From the IMG/VR virus record IMGVR_UViG_3300045110_000292, positions 1 through 52,583 of that record: a stretch of DNA of 52,583 bases; one strand, written 5' to 3'. The stretch is from a virus. Its lineage: Duplodnaviria; Caudoviricetes. Both the position numbers and the translations under genes were made by a program. The notes under the pieces are model-generated. The model was not told the origin of the DNA and did no database searches. It saw only the letters and a list, made by a program, of their open reading frames with translations. This document shows, in pieces, positions 9,340-18,342 of the stretch. Within the stretch, counting starts at the first letter, position 1. The number at the start of each line of letters is the position of its first letter.

Positions 9340-10173
9340 GTGGCGGTGATGACAATTGTCCTTCTTGGCGCATCAGGTTACGTCGGCTCCGCACTCGCAA
9401 AAGAGATTGATGCCAGGTGTATCCCCGCCTTCGAAATCGCCCGCGGTGTTGTGGATTACACCATCGAAGAAAACTTTCGATCGTTGATGCGGGACAAACC
9501 AACGCACGTCATCAATGCCGCGGCCTGGATTCCTCAACCGTCGGTCGATGCCTGCCGAAACGATCCGGCGAAAACATGGCGGTCCAACGTTCACTTCCCG
9601 GCGATGCTGGCGAAGGTCTGCAACGAACTAGGCATCATGCTCTGCCACATCAGCACCGGCTGCCTTTACGACGAGGAGCGGTATTACACCGAGGACGACG
9701 CTCCGACACGATGGCAGCACGACTATGCGGGGCTGTACGTCAACACCAAGTATTACGGTGAAGTGCTAGTACAGAGGATTTGCCCAAACTCCTTTGTCTG
9801 GCGGGTGCGCCTGCCATTCGATGAAGTCGATCACCCTCGCAATTTCCTGACGAAGATTCAGCAGCACGCCCAAGTCTGGGATCATCGAAATAGCCTGACT
9901 CATCGCGGCGATTTTGCGCGCGCGGCGATTGATATGATCGAGCGTGGGGTTATGCCAGGGGTGTACAACATGACCAATCCTGTGGGCATCCACACCAATT
10001 CAATAATGGCCCAAATGGAACAGTCATGGGGCTGCATAATAAAAAGGCAATTAGTCCCCGGACCCGTCCCAGGAACACTGCTGTCTGGGGAGAAACTTAA
10101 ATCGGCAGGCATCTTCATGCGCTCTGGTCCGGAAGCTGTGACTGATGCGCTCAACAGGTGGAGGAAAGAGTGA
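9340..10173 (+). CDS. NAD(P)-dependent NDP-sugar reductase/epimerase (RmlD or NRS/ER-like)
   Basis: GASGYVG Rossmann motif, KPTHVINAA, ISTGCLY, YVNTK (YxxxK), RVRLPF, PRNFLTKI; start may be ATG 9349. Confidence 0.88.
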   Translation: MAVMTIVLLGASGYVGSALAKEIDARCIPAFEIARGVVDYTIEENFRSLMRDKPTHVINAAAWIPQPSVDACRNDPAKTWRSNVHFPAMLAKVCNELGIMLCHISTGCLYDEERYYTEDDAPTRWQHDYAGLYVNTKYYGEVLVQRICPNSFVWRVRLPFDEVDHPRNFLTKIQQHAQVWDHRNSLTHRGDFARAAIDMIERGVMPGVYNMTNPVGIHTNSIMAQMEQSWGCIIKRQLVPGPVPGTLLSGEKLKSAGIFMRSGPEAVTDALNRWRKE

Positions 10174-10628
10174 TAAAAATAAAGAAGTCGGAAACGGCGG
10201 ATACTCGCACTTGCGACTTTGCAAACGTCACAAAGGCACAGTTACTCAGTTCAAGTTGTCAACACATTGGTGATGTCGGGCTGGCGATGCAGTTCTTCCG
10301 CCGCTACATGACGAACGCTGAATTGTCCCACGACTGGGATAAGATCAAAAACATCGACCAGTTCCACGACGATTTTGTGACCGGGTTCAAACAAACCGAG
10401 TGGTGGAATGCCCACCGCAAGATGCACCGACATCACCTTAATTATACAGATGGTATTCCGTCAGACGTGAATCTCCTCGACGTGCTGGAATACATTTGCG
10501 ATTGCGTCATGGCTGGCATGGCTCGAAGCGGAGAGGTTTACGAAATAAAGATTGATCCCGAGACATTGCAGCACGCCTTCAACCAAACTGTTGCTCTGCT
10601 TAAATCCCAAGTGGAAGTGGAGAAATGA
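10158..10628 (+). CDS. His-rich HD-like hypothetical protein (DUF5662-like)
   Basis: HDWDK, HRKMHRHH, LLDVLEYICD pattern; start may be GTG 10170. Confidence 0.6.
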   Translation: MEERVIKIKKSETADTRTCDFANVTKAQLLSSSCQHIGDVGLAMQFFRRYMTNAELSHDWDKIKNIDQFHDDFVTGFKQTEWWNAHRKMHRHHLNYTDGIPSDVNLLDVLEYICDCVMAGMARSGEVYEIKIDPETLQHAFNQTVALLKSQVEVEK

Positions 10629-11845
10629 GCTTCACCCTCGTAACCAAATGCCGAGCGTGCGGTGCTGGCGATCTGAAACCAGTATTCAATCTCGGAGTTC
10701 AACCTCTGGCAAACGATTGGCGACAGCCTTCGGAATCGAGACAAGGCCACTATCCGCTGTCAGTCCTGCTCTGCACGAAATGCACGTTGTCTCAATTGTC
10801 GGCTGTCGTGGACCCCGATATTCTCTATAGGAATTATTCCTACGTGACGAGCAGTAGTATTACGATGCAGCGACATTTCCACAGACTGTTCATCGACCTT
10901 GAATCCGAGGCTCCGCCGACAGCCATTCTGGAAATCGGCAGCAACGACGGCAAGTGTTTGGCATACGCAAAGAGCCGAGGCTGGATCAATGTGTTTGGGA
11001 TCGAGCCAGCGAAGAATCTCGGTCAAATCGCGTTCGACGAATACTCGGTCCCATCATTGCCTGAGTTCTTTGAGAAGGAGTCGGCACACGTTGCGCTCAA
11101 CAGGATGGGAAATCCGTCCGTCATCCTGGCCCGACACTGTTTCGCCCATGTCAATGACTGGCGTGAATTCATGGCTGGACTCGAAATCCTGGCAGGCAAG
11201 GACACGGTGATTGCGCTCGAAGTGCCATACGTTCACGACACACTCGCCAAAACCGAGTTCGACCAGATTTACCACGAGCATCTGTCGTTCATCTCAATCA
11301 GTTCGATCTACGCACTGCTTCTGCCAACGCCATTCAAACTCCAACGAATCATCCGTTACGGCATTCATGGCGGCAGCCTGCTCATCATGCTCAGACACAA
11401 AAGTTCAGGAGCGGCAGAACATCTGAGCGTCGATGAGTTCATGGGAGAGGACTTGGTGACGAAGAAACACTGGTCGAAGTTTGAAGTCCAGGCGTTCCAA
11501 AAGATCAATCGAATGCGCGACATCGTTCGAGGCTTGATTGCCGATGGCAAGAGAGTCTGTGGGTTCGGCGCCAGTGCCAAGGCAACAGTTTGGATCAACG
11601 CCTGTGGGTTCACAGAAAAAGACCTGCTGTTCGTCTCCGACAACTCGCCGTTGAAGCCAGGATGCTACATTCCTGGGACGTTCATCCCAGTCATCGCTCA
11701 AGACGAGTTTTTGAGTGAGCACCCGGATTACGCGATCATGTTTGCCTGGAATTTCAAAACTGAAATCTTGGAGTCACAAAAGAAGTGGCGGCAACGTGGA
11801 GGCAAATTCCTGATCCCGACCGTCGATGGGGTGGAGGTTGTGTGA
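10625..11845 (+). CDS. NDP-hexose C-methyltransferase (TylC3/NovU-like)
   Basis: Zn site CRAC...CTKC, LEIGSNDG, QIYHEHLSF, HGGSL, GFGASAKA, FAWNF. Confidence 0.92.
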   Translation: MSFTLVTKCRACGAGDLKPVFNLGVQPLANDWRQPSESRQGHYPLSVLLCTKCTLSQLSAVVDPDILYRNYSYVTSSSITMQRHFHRLFIDLESEAPPTAILEIGSNDGKCLAYAKSRGWINVFGIEPAKNLGQIAFDEYSVPSLPEFFEKESAHVALNRMGNPSVILARHCFAHVNDWREFMAGLEILAGKDTVIALEVPYVHDTLAKTEFDQIYHEHLSFISISSIYALLLPTPFKLQRIIRYGIHGGSLLIMLRHKSSGAAEHLSVDEFMGEDLVTKKHWSKFEVQAFQKINRMRDIVRGLIADGKRVCGFGASAKATVWINACGFTEKDLLFVSDNSPLKPGCYIPGTFIPVIAQDEFLSEHPDYAIMFAWNFKTEILESQKKWRQRGGKFLIPTVDGVEVV

Positions 11846-11867
11846 CAACCGTTGAAGGAAAGGGAGA

Positions 11868-12134
11868 ATGAAATTCTTTAGCTATCATCCATGCGACTGT
11901 CCGGCTTTGAGGCTCCATGAAACAGCGGAGTCTGCAAAAGCGAGAGCCGAGAAAGATTTAGACCAAGAACGCTTCGAGGCCCAAGAAGGATGGTCGCAGG
12001 AAGTAATGGACAACCCTATCTGCTGGGGAAAAATCAGCGAGATAATGACCCAAACCGAGCGCCGTAAGCCGCGTGCGGACGAAAAGGCCAACGGAATTGA
12101 CGAAGTTCTAAACTATCAACTTAAATCTCCATGA
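11868..12134 (+). CDS. Hypothetical protein
   Basis: 88 aa with a purine-rich RBS (aaggaaagggag). Confidence 0.65.
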   Translation: MKFFSYHPCDCPALRLHETAESAKARAEKDLDQERFEAQEGWSQEVMDNPICWGKISEIMTQTERRKPRADEKANGIDEVLNYQLKSP

Positions 12135-12304
12135 CCCCCTCCACAACAGAAGCCCTCAAAATCGTTGCTGAGAATGAGTGGCAGACCAAACGCGCTGCTC
12201 CAGTCGAACTCACACCCGCCGACGCCAAAACCCTATTCGCCGCCATCAAGCAGTTGAGTGGGGATGGTGAGCGGTTGAACGGCAAAGATGGGGAGATGAA
12301 TTGA
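12131..12304 (+). CDS. Small hypothetical protein (57 aa)
   Basis: MTPSTTEALKIVAENEW...; overlaps both neighbours. Confidence 0.55.
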   Translation: MTPSTTEALKIVAENEWQTKRAAPVELTPADAKTLFAAIKQLSGDGERLNGKDGEMN

Positions 12305-12840
12305 TGGAACAAAGGCGCTTACTTTGGTTCTCCTGTGGGGCAGCGAGTGCGGTTGCGCTTAAGATGGCCGTAAATGCTTATGGTTTGGACGCGGTTACGC
12401 CAGTGTACTGCGATTGTTCCGCTAATGAGGATAAGGATAATATCCGATTCCGAGCCGATGTTGAGCAGTGGACTGGAAAGCAAATCACAGTCATAAGAAA
12501 TGAGAAATTCCGCACGGTGGAGGAGGTCAATGAGGCCCGCCAATACATGCTTGGCTTTAAGAATAACAACTGCAAAGCCTGCAACAAGGCCACAAGCCTC
12601 GCCTACTGGGTTCTCACCCGCAGGATCGACCCGGAGGAATTCAGGGTCAGAGCGGAACAGTCTCGAAGATTTGGGGCGAGAATGACGCGGTGGAACGGTA
12701 AGCGCATCTTCTTAGACGAAATTCCACCCGACGACCAGATTCCGAAACGATTCCTCAAACAAACCGAGAACGTGTCATGCGGGCCGGAATGCGGCCTGAC
12801 CGACGCCGCAATCCGAAAGGACGAGAGGGGTTATGAGTGA
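12304..12840 (+). CDS. PAPS-reductase-like (adenine nucleotide alpha hydrolase) protein, probably internally deleted
   Basis: WFSCGAASAVA, EDKDNIRF, LGFKNNNCKAC and terminal SCGPEC, but only ~178 aa. Confidence 0.65.
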   Translation: MEQRRLLWFSCGAASAVALKMAVNAYGLDAVTPVYCDCSANEDKDNIRFRADVEQWTGKQITVIRNEKFRTVEEVNEARQYMLGFKNNNCKACNKATSLAYWVLTRRIDPEEFRVRAEQSRRFGARMTRWNGKRIFLDEIPPDDQIPKRFLKQTENVSCGPECGLTDAAIRKDERGYE

Positions 12841-13165
12841 CCATGAAGAAATAGAGCTATCTAATCAAATCGACGCTCTGCATTCCCAACTATCGACAGC
12901 GCTGGAACGGGTGAAGGAGTTGGAGTCCTATAAATCGAAGTGGATTTCAGACGCCGTTTGGAACAAGGGATTGGCTGACGGAGCAAACAAACGAATCACC
13001 GCCCTCGAAACGGAGAATGCGGAGTTGGCCGAAGCTTTGAGGATGCTTCACGACTATCAAAATGGCTGTCCATTGCCGACCTACGAAAAAGGTTGGACCG
13101 AAGCCATGCGACTCACTGAGAACGCATTGGCCAAAATCGCTGAGGCGAAGAAATCACAACCATGA
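12833..13165 (+). CDS. Hypothetical coiled-coil protein
   Basis: 110 aa with heptad-like pattern; coupled to neighbours. Confidence 0.65.
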   Translation: MSDHEEIELSNQIDALHSQLSTALERVKELESYKSKWISDAVWNKGLADGANKRITALETENAELAEALRMLHDYQNGCPLPTYEKGWTEAMRLTENALAKIAEAKKSQP

Positions 13166-13278
13166 GACATACATCGCTTTCAAAATGGATTGGCATCAGA
13201 GGTCGAAGATCAACTCCTGAGACGCGAAGGCGCTACAAAGCCTGGTTGAAGGCTAACCGTATAAAAATTCGTAAATGA
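13162..13278 (+). CDS. Small basic hypothetical protein (38 aa)
   Basis: MRHTSLSKWIGIRGRRSTPETRRRYKAWLKANRIKIRK; ATGA overlap. Confidence 0.45.
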   Translation: MRHTSLSKWIGIRGRRSTPETRRRYKAWLKANRIKIRK

Positions 13279-13279
13279 A

Positions 13280-13780
13280 ATGAAAAACCAAATCAAACTC
13301 ACTGTCTGCTGCCTTGCAGCACTGGTGCTGACCATGTTCTCAGCACGCGCACAGCAGCCACCAGTTCCAGCCTGTATCACCAACGTTTACATCGCGTGTT
13401 GGGGTGACCTGTTTCCGCCGTACGCCTACTGGGGAAGCATCACTCAAACATCGTGGGGAGGTTGCACCAATGTCAGCACGTTCGCCGGTATGCCGATGAT
13501 CTCGGATTGCACACCGACAAACTGTTACGGCATACCGCTCACGATCAATCCCTGCCCGGACTTTACCTGTCAAGCGACCGATCAGGTTATCGGCGTTCTC
13601 TGGTGGCAATGTTCTCATACGTGCGATCCGTCAGATTCATGGCACAGTGCGAATATCATCCTGCCTGCTCACAGCAGTTGGATGGATTTTTACGTCTGCG
13701 ATTCGACGACGGCCGATTGCAGCCTCTACATCAGTTGTGTGACTAAAAGCGTTCCATGCGACAGGGTATGGGATTGGTAA
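13280..13780 (+). CDS. Secreted cysteine-rich protein
   Basis: Signal peptide ending ARA-Q; about 13 Cys in the mature region. Confidence 0.75.
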   Translation: MKNQIKLTVCCLAALVLTMFSARAQQPPVPACITNVYIACWGDLFPPYAYWGSITQTSWGGCTNVSTFAGMPMISDCTPTNCYGIPLTINPCPDFTCQATDQVIGVLWWQCSHTCDPSDSWHSANIILPAHSSWMDFYVCDSTTADCSLYISCVTKSVPCDRVWDW

Positions 13781-13782
13781 AT

Positions 13783-13797
13783 AATTTCCCGCTCTCA
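13783..13797 (+). repeat. 15-bp direct repeat, copy 1
   Basis: aatttcccgctctca, also at 14180-14194. Confidence 0.8.
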
Positions 13798-13799
13798 GA

Positions 13800-14180
13800 G
13801 TGAATCTCATTCCCATCGCCCTGTTCCTCCTGGTCAATCACGGTTTGTCATTAGACATGTCCCCGGTTAGCGTGTGGACTAATGGACCCGCTCTCACAAA
13901 GGCATTGGCTCAGGTTAATACGCCATTGCCGCCACCAATCAAACACCCCAAATTGATCTGGGATTGGATTCCAGATGGCGCTCCGGTTTTCTTCGAGGTA
14001 TGGCACACGAATCGATTGCCATCAACACTGACAATAATCGGAACCAACGTACCGATCGGGTTCACGATGTTCACTAACGTCCTGTCCCCATCGACAGATA
14101 TTGGATTGGATCAGGTGAACGAGTTTTTTATTGTTCGCGCAGGGAACTCGATTGGATATTCGGATTGGAACAGTAAATGA
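13800..14180 (+). CDS. Putative secreted protein with a beta-rich C-terminal domain
   Basis: Hydrophobic N-terminus, Pro-rich linker, LIWDW...FEVWHT...FTNV...EFFIVRA. Confidence 0.65.
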   Translation: MNLIPIALFLLVNHGLSLDMSPVSVWTNGPALTKALAQVNTPLPPPIKHPKLIWDWIPDGAPVFFEVWHTNRLPSTLTIIGTNVPIGFTMFTNVLSPSTDIGLDQVNEFFIVRAGNSIGYSDWNSK

Positions 14181-14194
14181 ATTTCCCGCTCTCA
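14180..14194 (+). repeat. 15-bp direct repeat, copy 2
   Basis: aatttcccgctctca, identical to 13783-13797. Confidence 0.8.
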
Positions 14195-14313
14195 TTCGAG
14201 GCGTGTGCCCTTTCGCTGTCTAATAAGTCCACAGGCGATACGTTCGGGATCGTTTGATTCCGAGGCGGGAAAACCTTTGACCCTCTGACCAAAGAAGCGT
14301 AAGAGTCAGATTG

Positions 14314-16611
14314 ATGCAGTTCAAACAAGCCGATGAGGTATCCTCGATCTGTTGGCAACTCCGCGAAGCCGATTACGACCGTGGACTCAATCGCGCTCGC
14401 ATCAACAACCTGTTCAACGGCTGGCCCCCATACTCACCCCAGGAAGTAGAAGAAAACGGAGTCGAGATTAACGTCAATTACCTCGAATCGACTGTCATCG
14501 GTCACGACGCGCGCTCACAGTTTTATCAGGCGTTCCTCAAACCCGGAAACTTCTTCAAACTGACGACCGACATGGGTCCAGTTCACAACCGACAGAAGTA
14601 CTCCAACATAGTCACCAAAGAGATCAACAAGCGCATGAAGCGTGATCTCCCGTACTTCGAGACAATGCGCTCGAAGTTCGCTAACTGCGTTCTGCATTCA
14701 CCAGGACCGGCAGTATGGGCCGATCGAGACTGTCCATTGCCTGACGCGATTGGTGTCGAGGACTTGCTGGTTCCGGCAAACACCCATCTGACGTTCAAAA
14801 ACCTGCCTTTCTTCTGCCTGCTGAAATCATTCACGGCGCCGGAACTGATTAAGCTGACACGCGGAAAGAAACGCGACCCGGCGTGGAACGTTGAATTGGT
14901 CGATGACACACTGCGTTGGATCGACCGTGAGACGATGGCACTTCTCGGAACCAACTACGCCGAGATTTGGAGTCCTGAAAAGTTGGAGGAGCGGGTCAAA
15001 GGAGACGGCGGATTCTACATGGGAGATCAGGTGCCAACCGTCGATGTGTTCGATTTCTATTACTGGTCCGACGAAGGCGGGAACGAAGGTTGGCGCCGAC
15101 GCATGTTGATCGACGACTGGTCAAACCCGACATACTTCGGTACTCCATACGGTCAAGGTCCGAGAGAGAAATCCTCTCGAAACGAGAAACTCAAGTTCGC
15201 TCGCAACAAATGGCTGTACGATCCTGGCAGTCGTAAATATGCGGACAGTCGGGAGGAGATATTCTCCTGTCAATTTGCCGATCTCTCTGCCGTTGGTCCG
15301 TTTCGCTATCACACCGCGCGTTCACTCGGTTTCCTGATGTATGCCGTCTGCCATCTGCAAAATCGAATGCGTTGTAAATTCAACGAGAGCGTGATGGAGG
15401 CGCTGATGATGTATTTCCGGGTGAAGTCTCAGGAGGATGTGCAGCGAGTGCTCAAGACCAACCTCATCAACCGCGGGTTCATCGACGAGACATTACAGTT
15501 CGTCCCGGCCGCAGATCGGTTCCAGGTCAATGCCGGGTTGGTTCAACTTGGCCTGAGCGAGAACTCGCAGATCATCCAGCGAAACAGCAGCAGCTACACG
15601 CAGAACACTCAGCAGCAGCGCGATCGGGTCGAAAAGACGGCGACCCAGATCCAGGCCGAAGTTGCCTCAATGTCCACGCTGGTCAGTGCGGCTCTCACCC
15701 AGGCGTATGCCTATCAGAACTTCGAGTATATTGAGATCAAACGCCGGTTCATGCGTAACAGCAAAACGAATGCGATGGTGAAAGACTTTCGGGCGGCATG
15801 TTTGCGCCAGGGTGTGCCGGAGAAATATCTGACTCCTGAATGTTGGGAGTGTGAACCCGACCGGGTGCTGTCCCCAAGCAAGTCGATGGAGATGGCGATA
15901 GCAAATTGGCTGATGGAGCATCGCGATAAATTCGATCCCGAACCTCAACGTGAGATCCTCCGAAGTGCCGCTCTTGCTGTTACGGATGACTCGGCCAAGG
16001 CTGACGCGCTTGTTCCTGAGCAGCCGAACATCAGCGACTCGATCACGTCGGCTCAATACGCTTTCGGTGCGTTGATGGCTGGCGGTCCAGTATCGGTGAA
16101 GTCTGGATTGAACGAGTTGGATTACATCCCGGCATTGATGGCGAGCATGGCGCATGTCCTTCAAACCGTTCAAGTGGTCGGTTTGCCGACAACCCAAGAA
16201 CTCGTTGGGCTAAACAACACGGCAAGCCATATCAACGAGCACATCCAGATTCTCGCTCAGGACAAAAACAACAAAGCAATCGTCAAAGGTTTCTCCGATC
16301 AGTTGGGCAAAATGATGAATCTGGTCAAGGCTTTGACGCAGCGATTCCAGGAGCACAATCAAAGTCAGAACGGTAACGGTAAACTTGATCCTGAGACTGC
16401 CGCGAAAGTTCAAAGCACGATGTTGCTTGCCCAAGCAAAAGCTCAGAACACCAAGACTTCGCACGCTCAAAGAACGGCCCAACGCCAGGTTCAATTCGAA
16501 CTCGAGCAGAAGCGCAAAGACCAACAAACTGCCGCCGAGATTGCGCGGGACAATGCCAAGACAGCCGCAGAGATCCACCGCAACCGTTTCAAATCCCTGA
16601 CTGACGAGTGA
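14314..16611 (+). CDS. Probable portal protein
   Basis: ~765 aa; leads the head module; KTATQI motif and long Gln/Ala-rich helical C-terminus as in P22-like portals; largely a positional call. Confidence 0.75.
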   Translation: MQFKQADEVSSICWQLREADYDRGLNRARINNLFNGWPPYSPQEVEENGVEINVNYLESTVIGHDARSQFYQAFLKPGNFFKLTTDMGPVHNRQKYSNIVTKEINKRMKRDLPYFETMRSKFANCVLHSPGPAVWADRDCPLPDAIGVEDLLVPANTHLTFKNLPFFCLLKSFTAPELIKLTRGKKRDPAWNVELVDDTLRWIDRETMALLGTNYAEIWSPEKLEERVKGDGGFYMGDQVPTVDVFDFYYWSDEGGNEGWRRRMLIDDWSNPTYFGTPYGQGPREKSSRNEKLKFARNKWLYDPGSRKYADSREEIFSCQFADLSAVGPFRYHTARSLGFLMYAVCHLQNRMRCKFNESVMEALMMYFRVKSQEDVQRVLKTNLINRGFIDETLQFVPAADRFQVNAGLVQLGLSENSQIIQRNSSSYTQNTQQQRDRVEKTATQIQAEVASMSTLVSAALTQAYAYQNFEYIEIKRRFMRNSKTNAMVKDFRAACLRQGVPEKYLTPECWECEPDRVLSPSKSMEMAIANWLMEHRDKFDPEPQREILRSAALAVTDDSAKADALVPEQPNISDSITSAQYAFGALMAGGPVSVKSGLNELDYIPALMASMAHVLQTVQVVGLPTTQELVGLNNTASHINEHIQILAQDKNNKAIVKGFSDQLGKMMNLVKALTQRFQEHNQSQNGNGKLDPETAAKVQSTMLLAQAKAQNTKTSHAQRTAQRQVQFELEQKRKDQQTAAEIARDNAKTAAEIHRNRFKSLTDE

Positions 16612-17903
16612 AGCCGATTTCGGATGTCACCTGCTGCGTCGTCGATAACGGGCTGTTCCTCGGTTTCGCCCGCCGCATGTCGCAATCCTGCAAACGCACA
16701 CTGTTCGTTCCTTCGTGCTGGCAACGTGGTTTCTGCTCTATCAAAGACGCGGGTATCGGCAGTGGGTTTGAAGGCATAGAACACTGTCTGGATTTCTGGC
16801 CGCAACTGAACGACATCGACTTGTTCGTGTTTCCAGACAACGGCAACGCTGGACTTCAACATCACCTTGAGAACATTGGCAAGGTTGTCTGGGGTGCCCG
16901 CAAAGGTGACGTGATTGAGCAGAACAGGATGCGATTCCTTGACGAGTTGAAACACCTTGGTCTGGAAGTTCCCCCACACAAAGTCGCTCACGGCATACAG
17001 GAACTCACGGCCATCCTCAAAGACTCGAAAGATGTTTATATCAAAATGTCTCGCTGGCGAGCCGACTTCGAGACAACGCACTGGCGATCATGGCAGGAGG
17101 ATTGGCCGTGGCTCGATCACGTTGCTACCAAACTCGGACCGTTCAAAAAGCTCCTGACCTTCCTGGTGTTCGAAAAGATCGACACCGATCTTGAAATCGG
17201 TGGTGACACCTTCTGCATCGACGGTCAATGGCCTTCGCTGATGCTCAATGGGTACGAGTGGAAAGACAACTGCTACTTCTCTGCCGTGACGCCCAAGGAA
17301 AAGATGCCGACGCAGATCCAGGAGATCCTCGAAGCGTTCGGTCCCTTGCTGCGTGATTACTCCTACCGATCTCAGTGGTCGATGGAGGATCGAGTCAAAG
17401 ACGATAAACATTATTTCATCGACGCAACGTGCCGCGGCGGTATGCCGTCCTCGATGTCGCAGTATTCGGCGTGGTCGAATTGGCCTGAGATCGTTTGGGC
17501 AGGCGCCCAAGGCGAACTCGTTGAACCTGTGCCGTCGCGTCAGTTCACGATTGAAGCGATGGTAAAGAGTAAGGTGGAAGGTGATTGTTGGGACAGGCTG
17601 ATGATCGACCCTAAACTCGAACCGCACCTGATGCTTTCGTCATGCTGTAAAGTCGATGACGTTTTGTGGTTCCCGCCTGACGGTCAACGAGCAGGAGACC
17701 TTGGTTGGCTAGTCGCTACTGGCAACAGTCCGATTGAAACGCTCGACCGAGCCAAGGAACTCTGCGACATGCTGCCTGATGGGTTCGACGCCAATCTCGA
17801 AGCGATGGCGCACATCATCAACGAAGTCGAAGAAGGCATGAGCAAAGGCGTGCCGTTCACGAAAAAGGAGTTGCCAAAGTCCGCCGAAGTCATCGCAGAT
17901 TGA
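16608..17903 (+). CDS. ATP-grasp ligase (GARS/PurD-like fold)
   Basis: DLFVFPD, VVWGA, IEQNR, GLEVP, VYIKMS, FEKID..EIGGDTFCIDG, YFIDATCRGGMP resemble ATP-grasp motifs. Confidence 0.75.
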   Translation: MKPISDVTCCVVDNGLFLGFARRMSQSCKRTLFVPSCWQRGFCSIKDAGIGSGFEGIEHCLDFWPQLNDIDLFVFPDNGNAGLQHHLENIGKVVWGARKGDVIEQNRMRFLDELKHLGLEVPPHKVAHGIQELTAILKDSKDVYIKMSRWRADFETTHWRSWQEDWPWLDHVATKLGPFKKLLTFLVFEKIDTDLEIGGDTFCIDGQWPSLMLNGYEWKDNCYFSAVTPKEKMPTQIQEILEAFGPLLRDYSYRSQWSMEDRVKDDKHYFIDATCRGGMPSSMSQYSAWSNWPEIVWAGAQGELVEPVPSRQFTIEAMVKSKVEGDCWDRLMIDPKLEPHLMLSSCCKVDDVLWFPPDGQRAGDLGWLVATGNSPIETLDRAKELCDMLPDGFDANLEAMAHIINEVEEGMSKGVPFTKKELPKSAEVIAD

Positions 17904-17905
17904 TG

Positions 17906-17934
17906 TTGCATACGTGAGACGGAAGGGATAGGGT
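17906..17934 (+). promoter_or_regulatory. Sigma70-like promoter with GTGAGACGG in the spacer
   Basis: TTGCAT-N17-TAGGGT, 6 nt before GTG 17941. Confidence 0.45.
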
Positions 17935-17940
17935 GGGTTT

Positions 17941-18168
17941 GTGCGAGTGAAAGACTACCACGACGACCCGGCAAATGATCCATGGCTGACTTCGAGGGGA
18001 ATCGCTCTGTCCTCGAACCGGGTCACGGTGAGTTTCCAAACAGGATTCGCCGGAAAACCGATCACCGAACCCACCCATCGTTTCGCCTACCCCGAAGTCT
18101 GCAACTGCCCCACGTGCATTTCGATTCGAGGGTATCGAGTGGAGTTGCCAAAGAAGAAGGCGGCATGA
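17941..18168 (+). CDS. Hypothetical protein
   Basis: 75 aa with CNCPTC. Confidence 0.5.
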   Translation: MRVKDYHDDPANDPWLTSRGIALSSNRVTVSFQTGFAGKPITEPTHRFAYPEVCNCPTCISIRGYRVELPKKKAA

Positions 18169-18231
18169 TTCCAGAGGGTTCAGCAATCGACGACAGCGAC
18201 GAAGATGGCGGTATGCCGGAGGACCAAGACG

Positions 18232-18342
18232 ATGAATAGCCCGACCTTCAAAGGAGCAGGCAAAGGCTACGGTCAGCACATGGTCAACCAGACCCCGGTT
18301 TACTCCAAGAAGCGCAAAAAGAAAAAGCGTAAGTCGAAGTGA
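18232..18342 (+). CDS. Small Lys-rich protein (36 aa)
   Basis: MNSPTFKGAGKGYG...SKKRKKKKRKSK; overlaps the next start. Confidence 0.45.
   Translation: MNSPTFKGAGKGYGQHMVNQTPVYSKKRKKKKRKSK

Noticed and set aside
13265-13277. 13-bp match aaattcgtaaatg to the terL start region (29003-29015, minus)
   Set aside because: A single AT-rich match that could be chance
16608-17903. purD auxiliary metabolic gene, or a PurZ-type base-modification system
   Set aside because: Only fold-level similarity; no other purine genes or phage DNA polymerase recognised, so no gene symbol assigned
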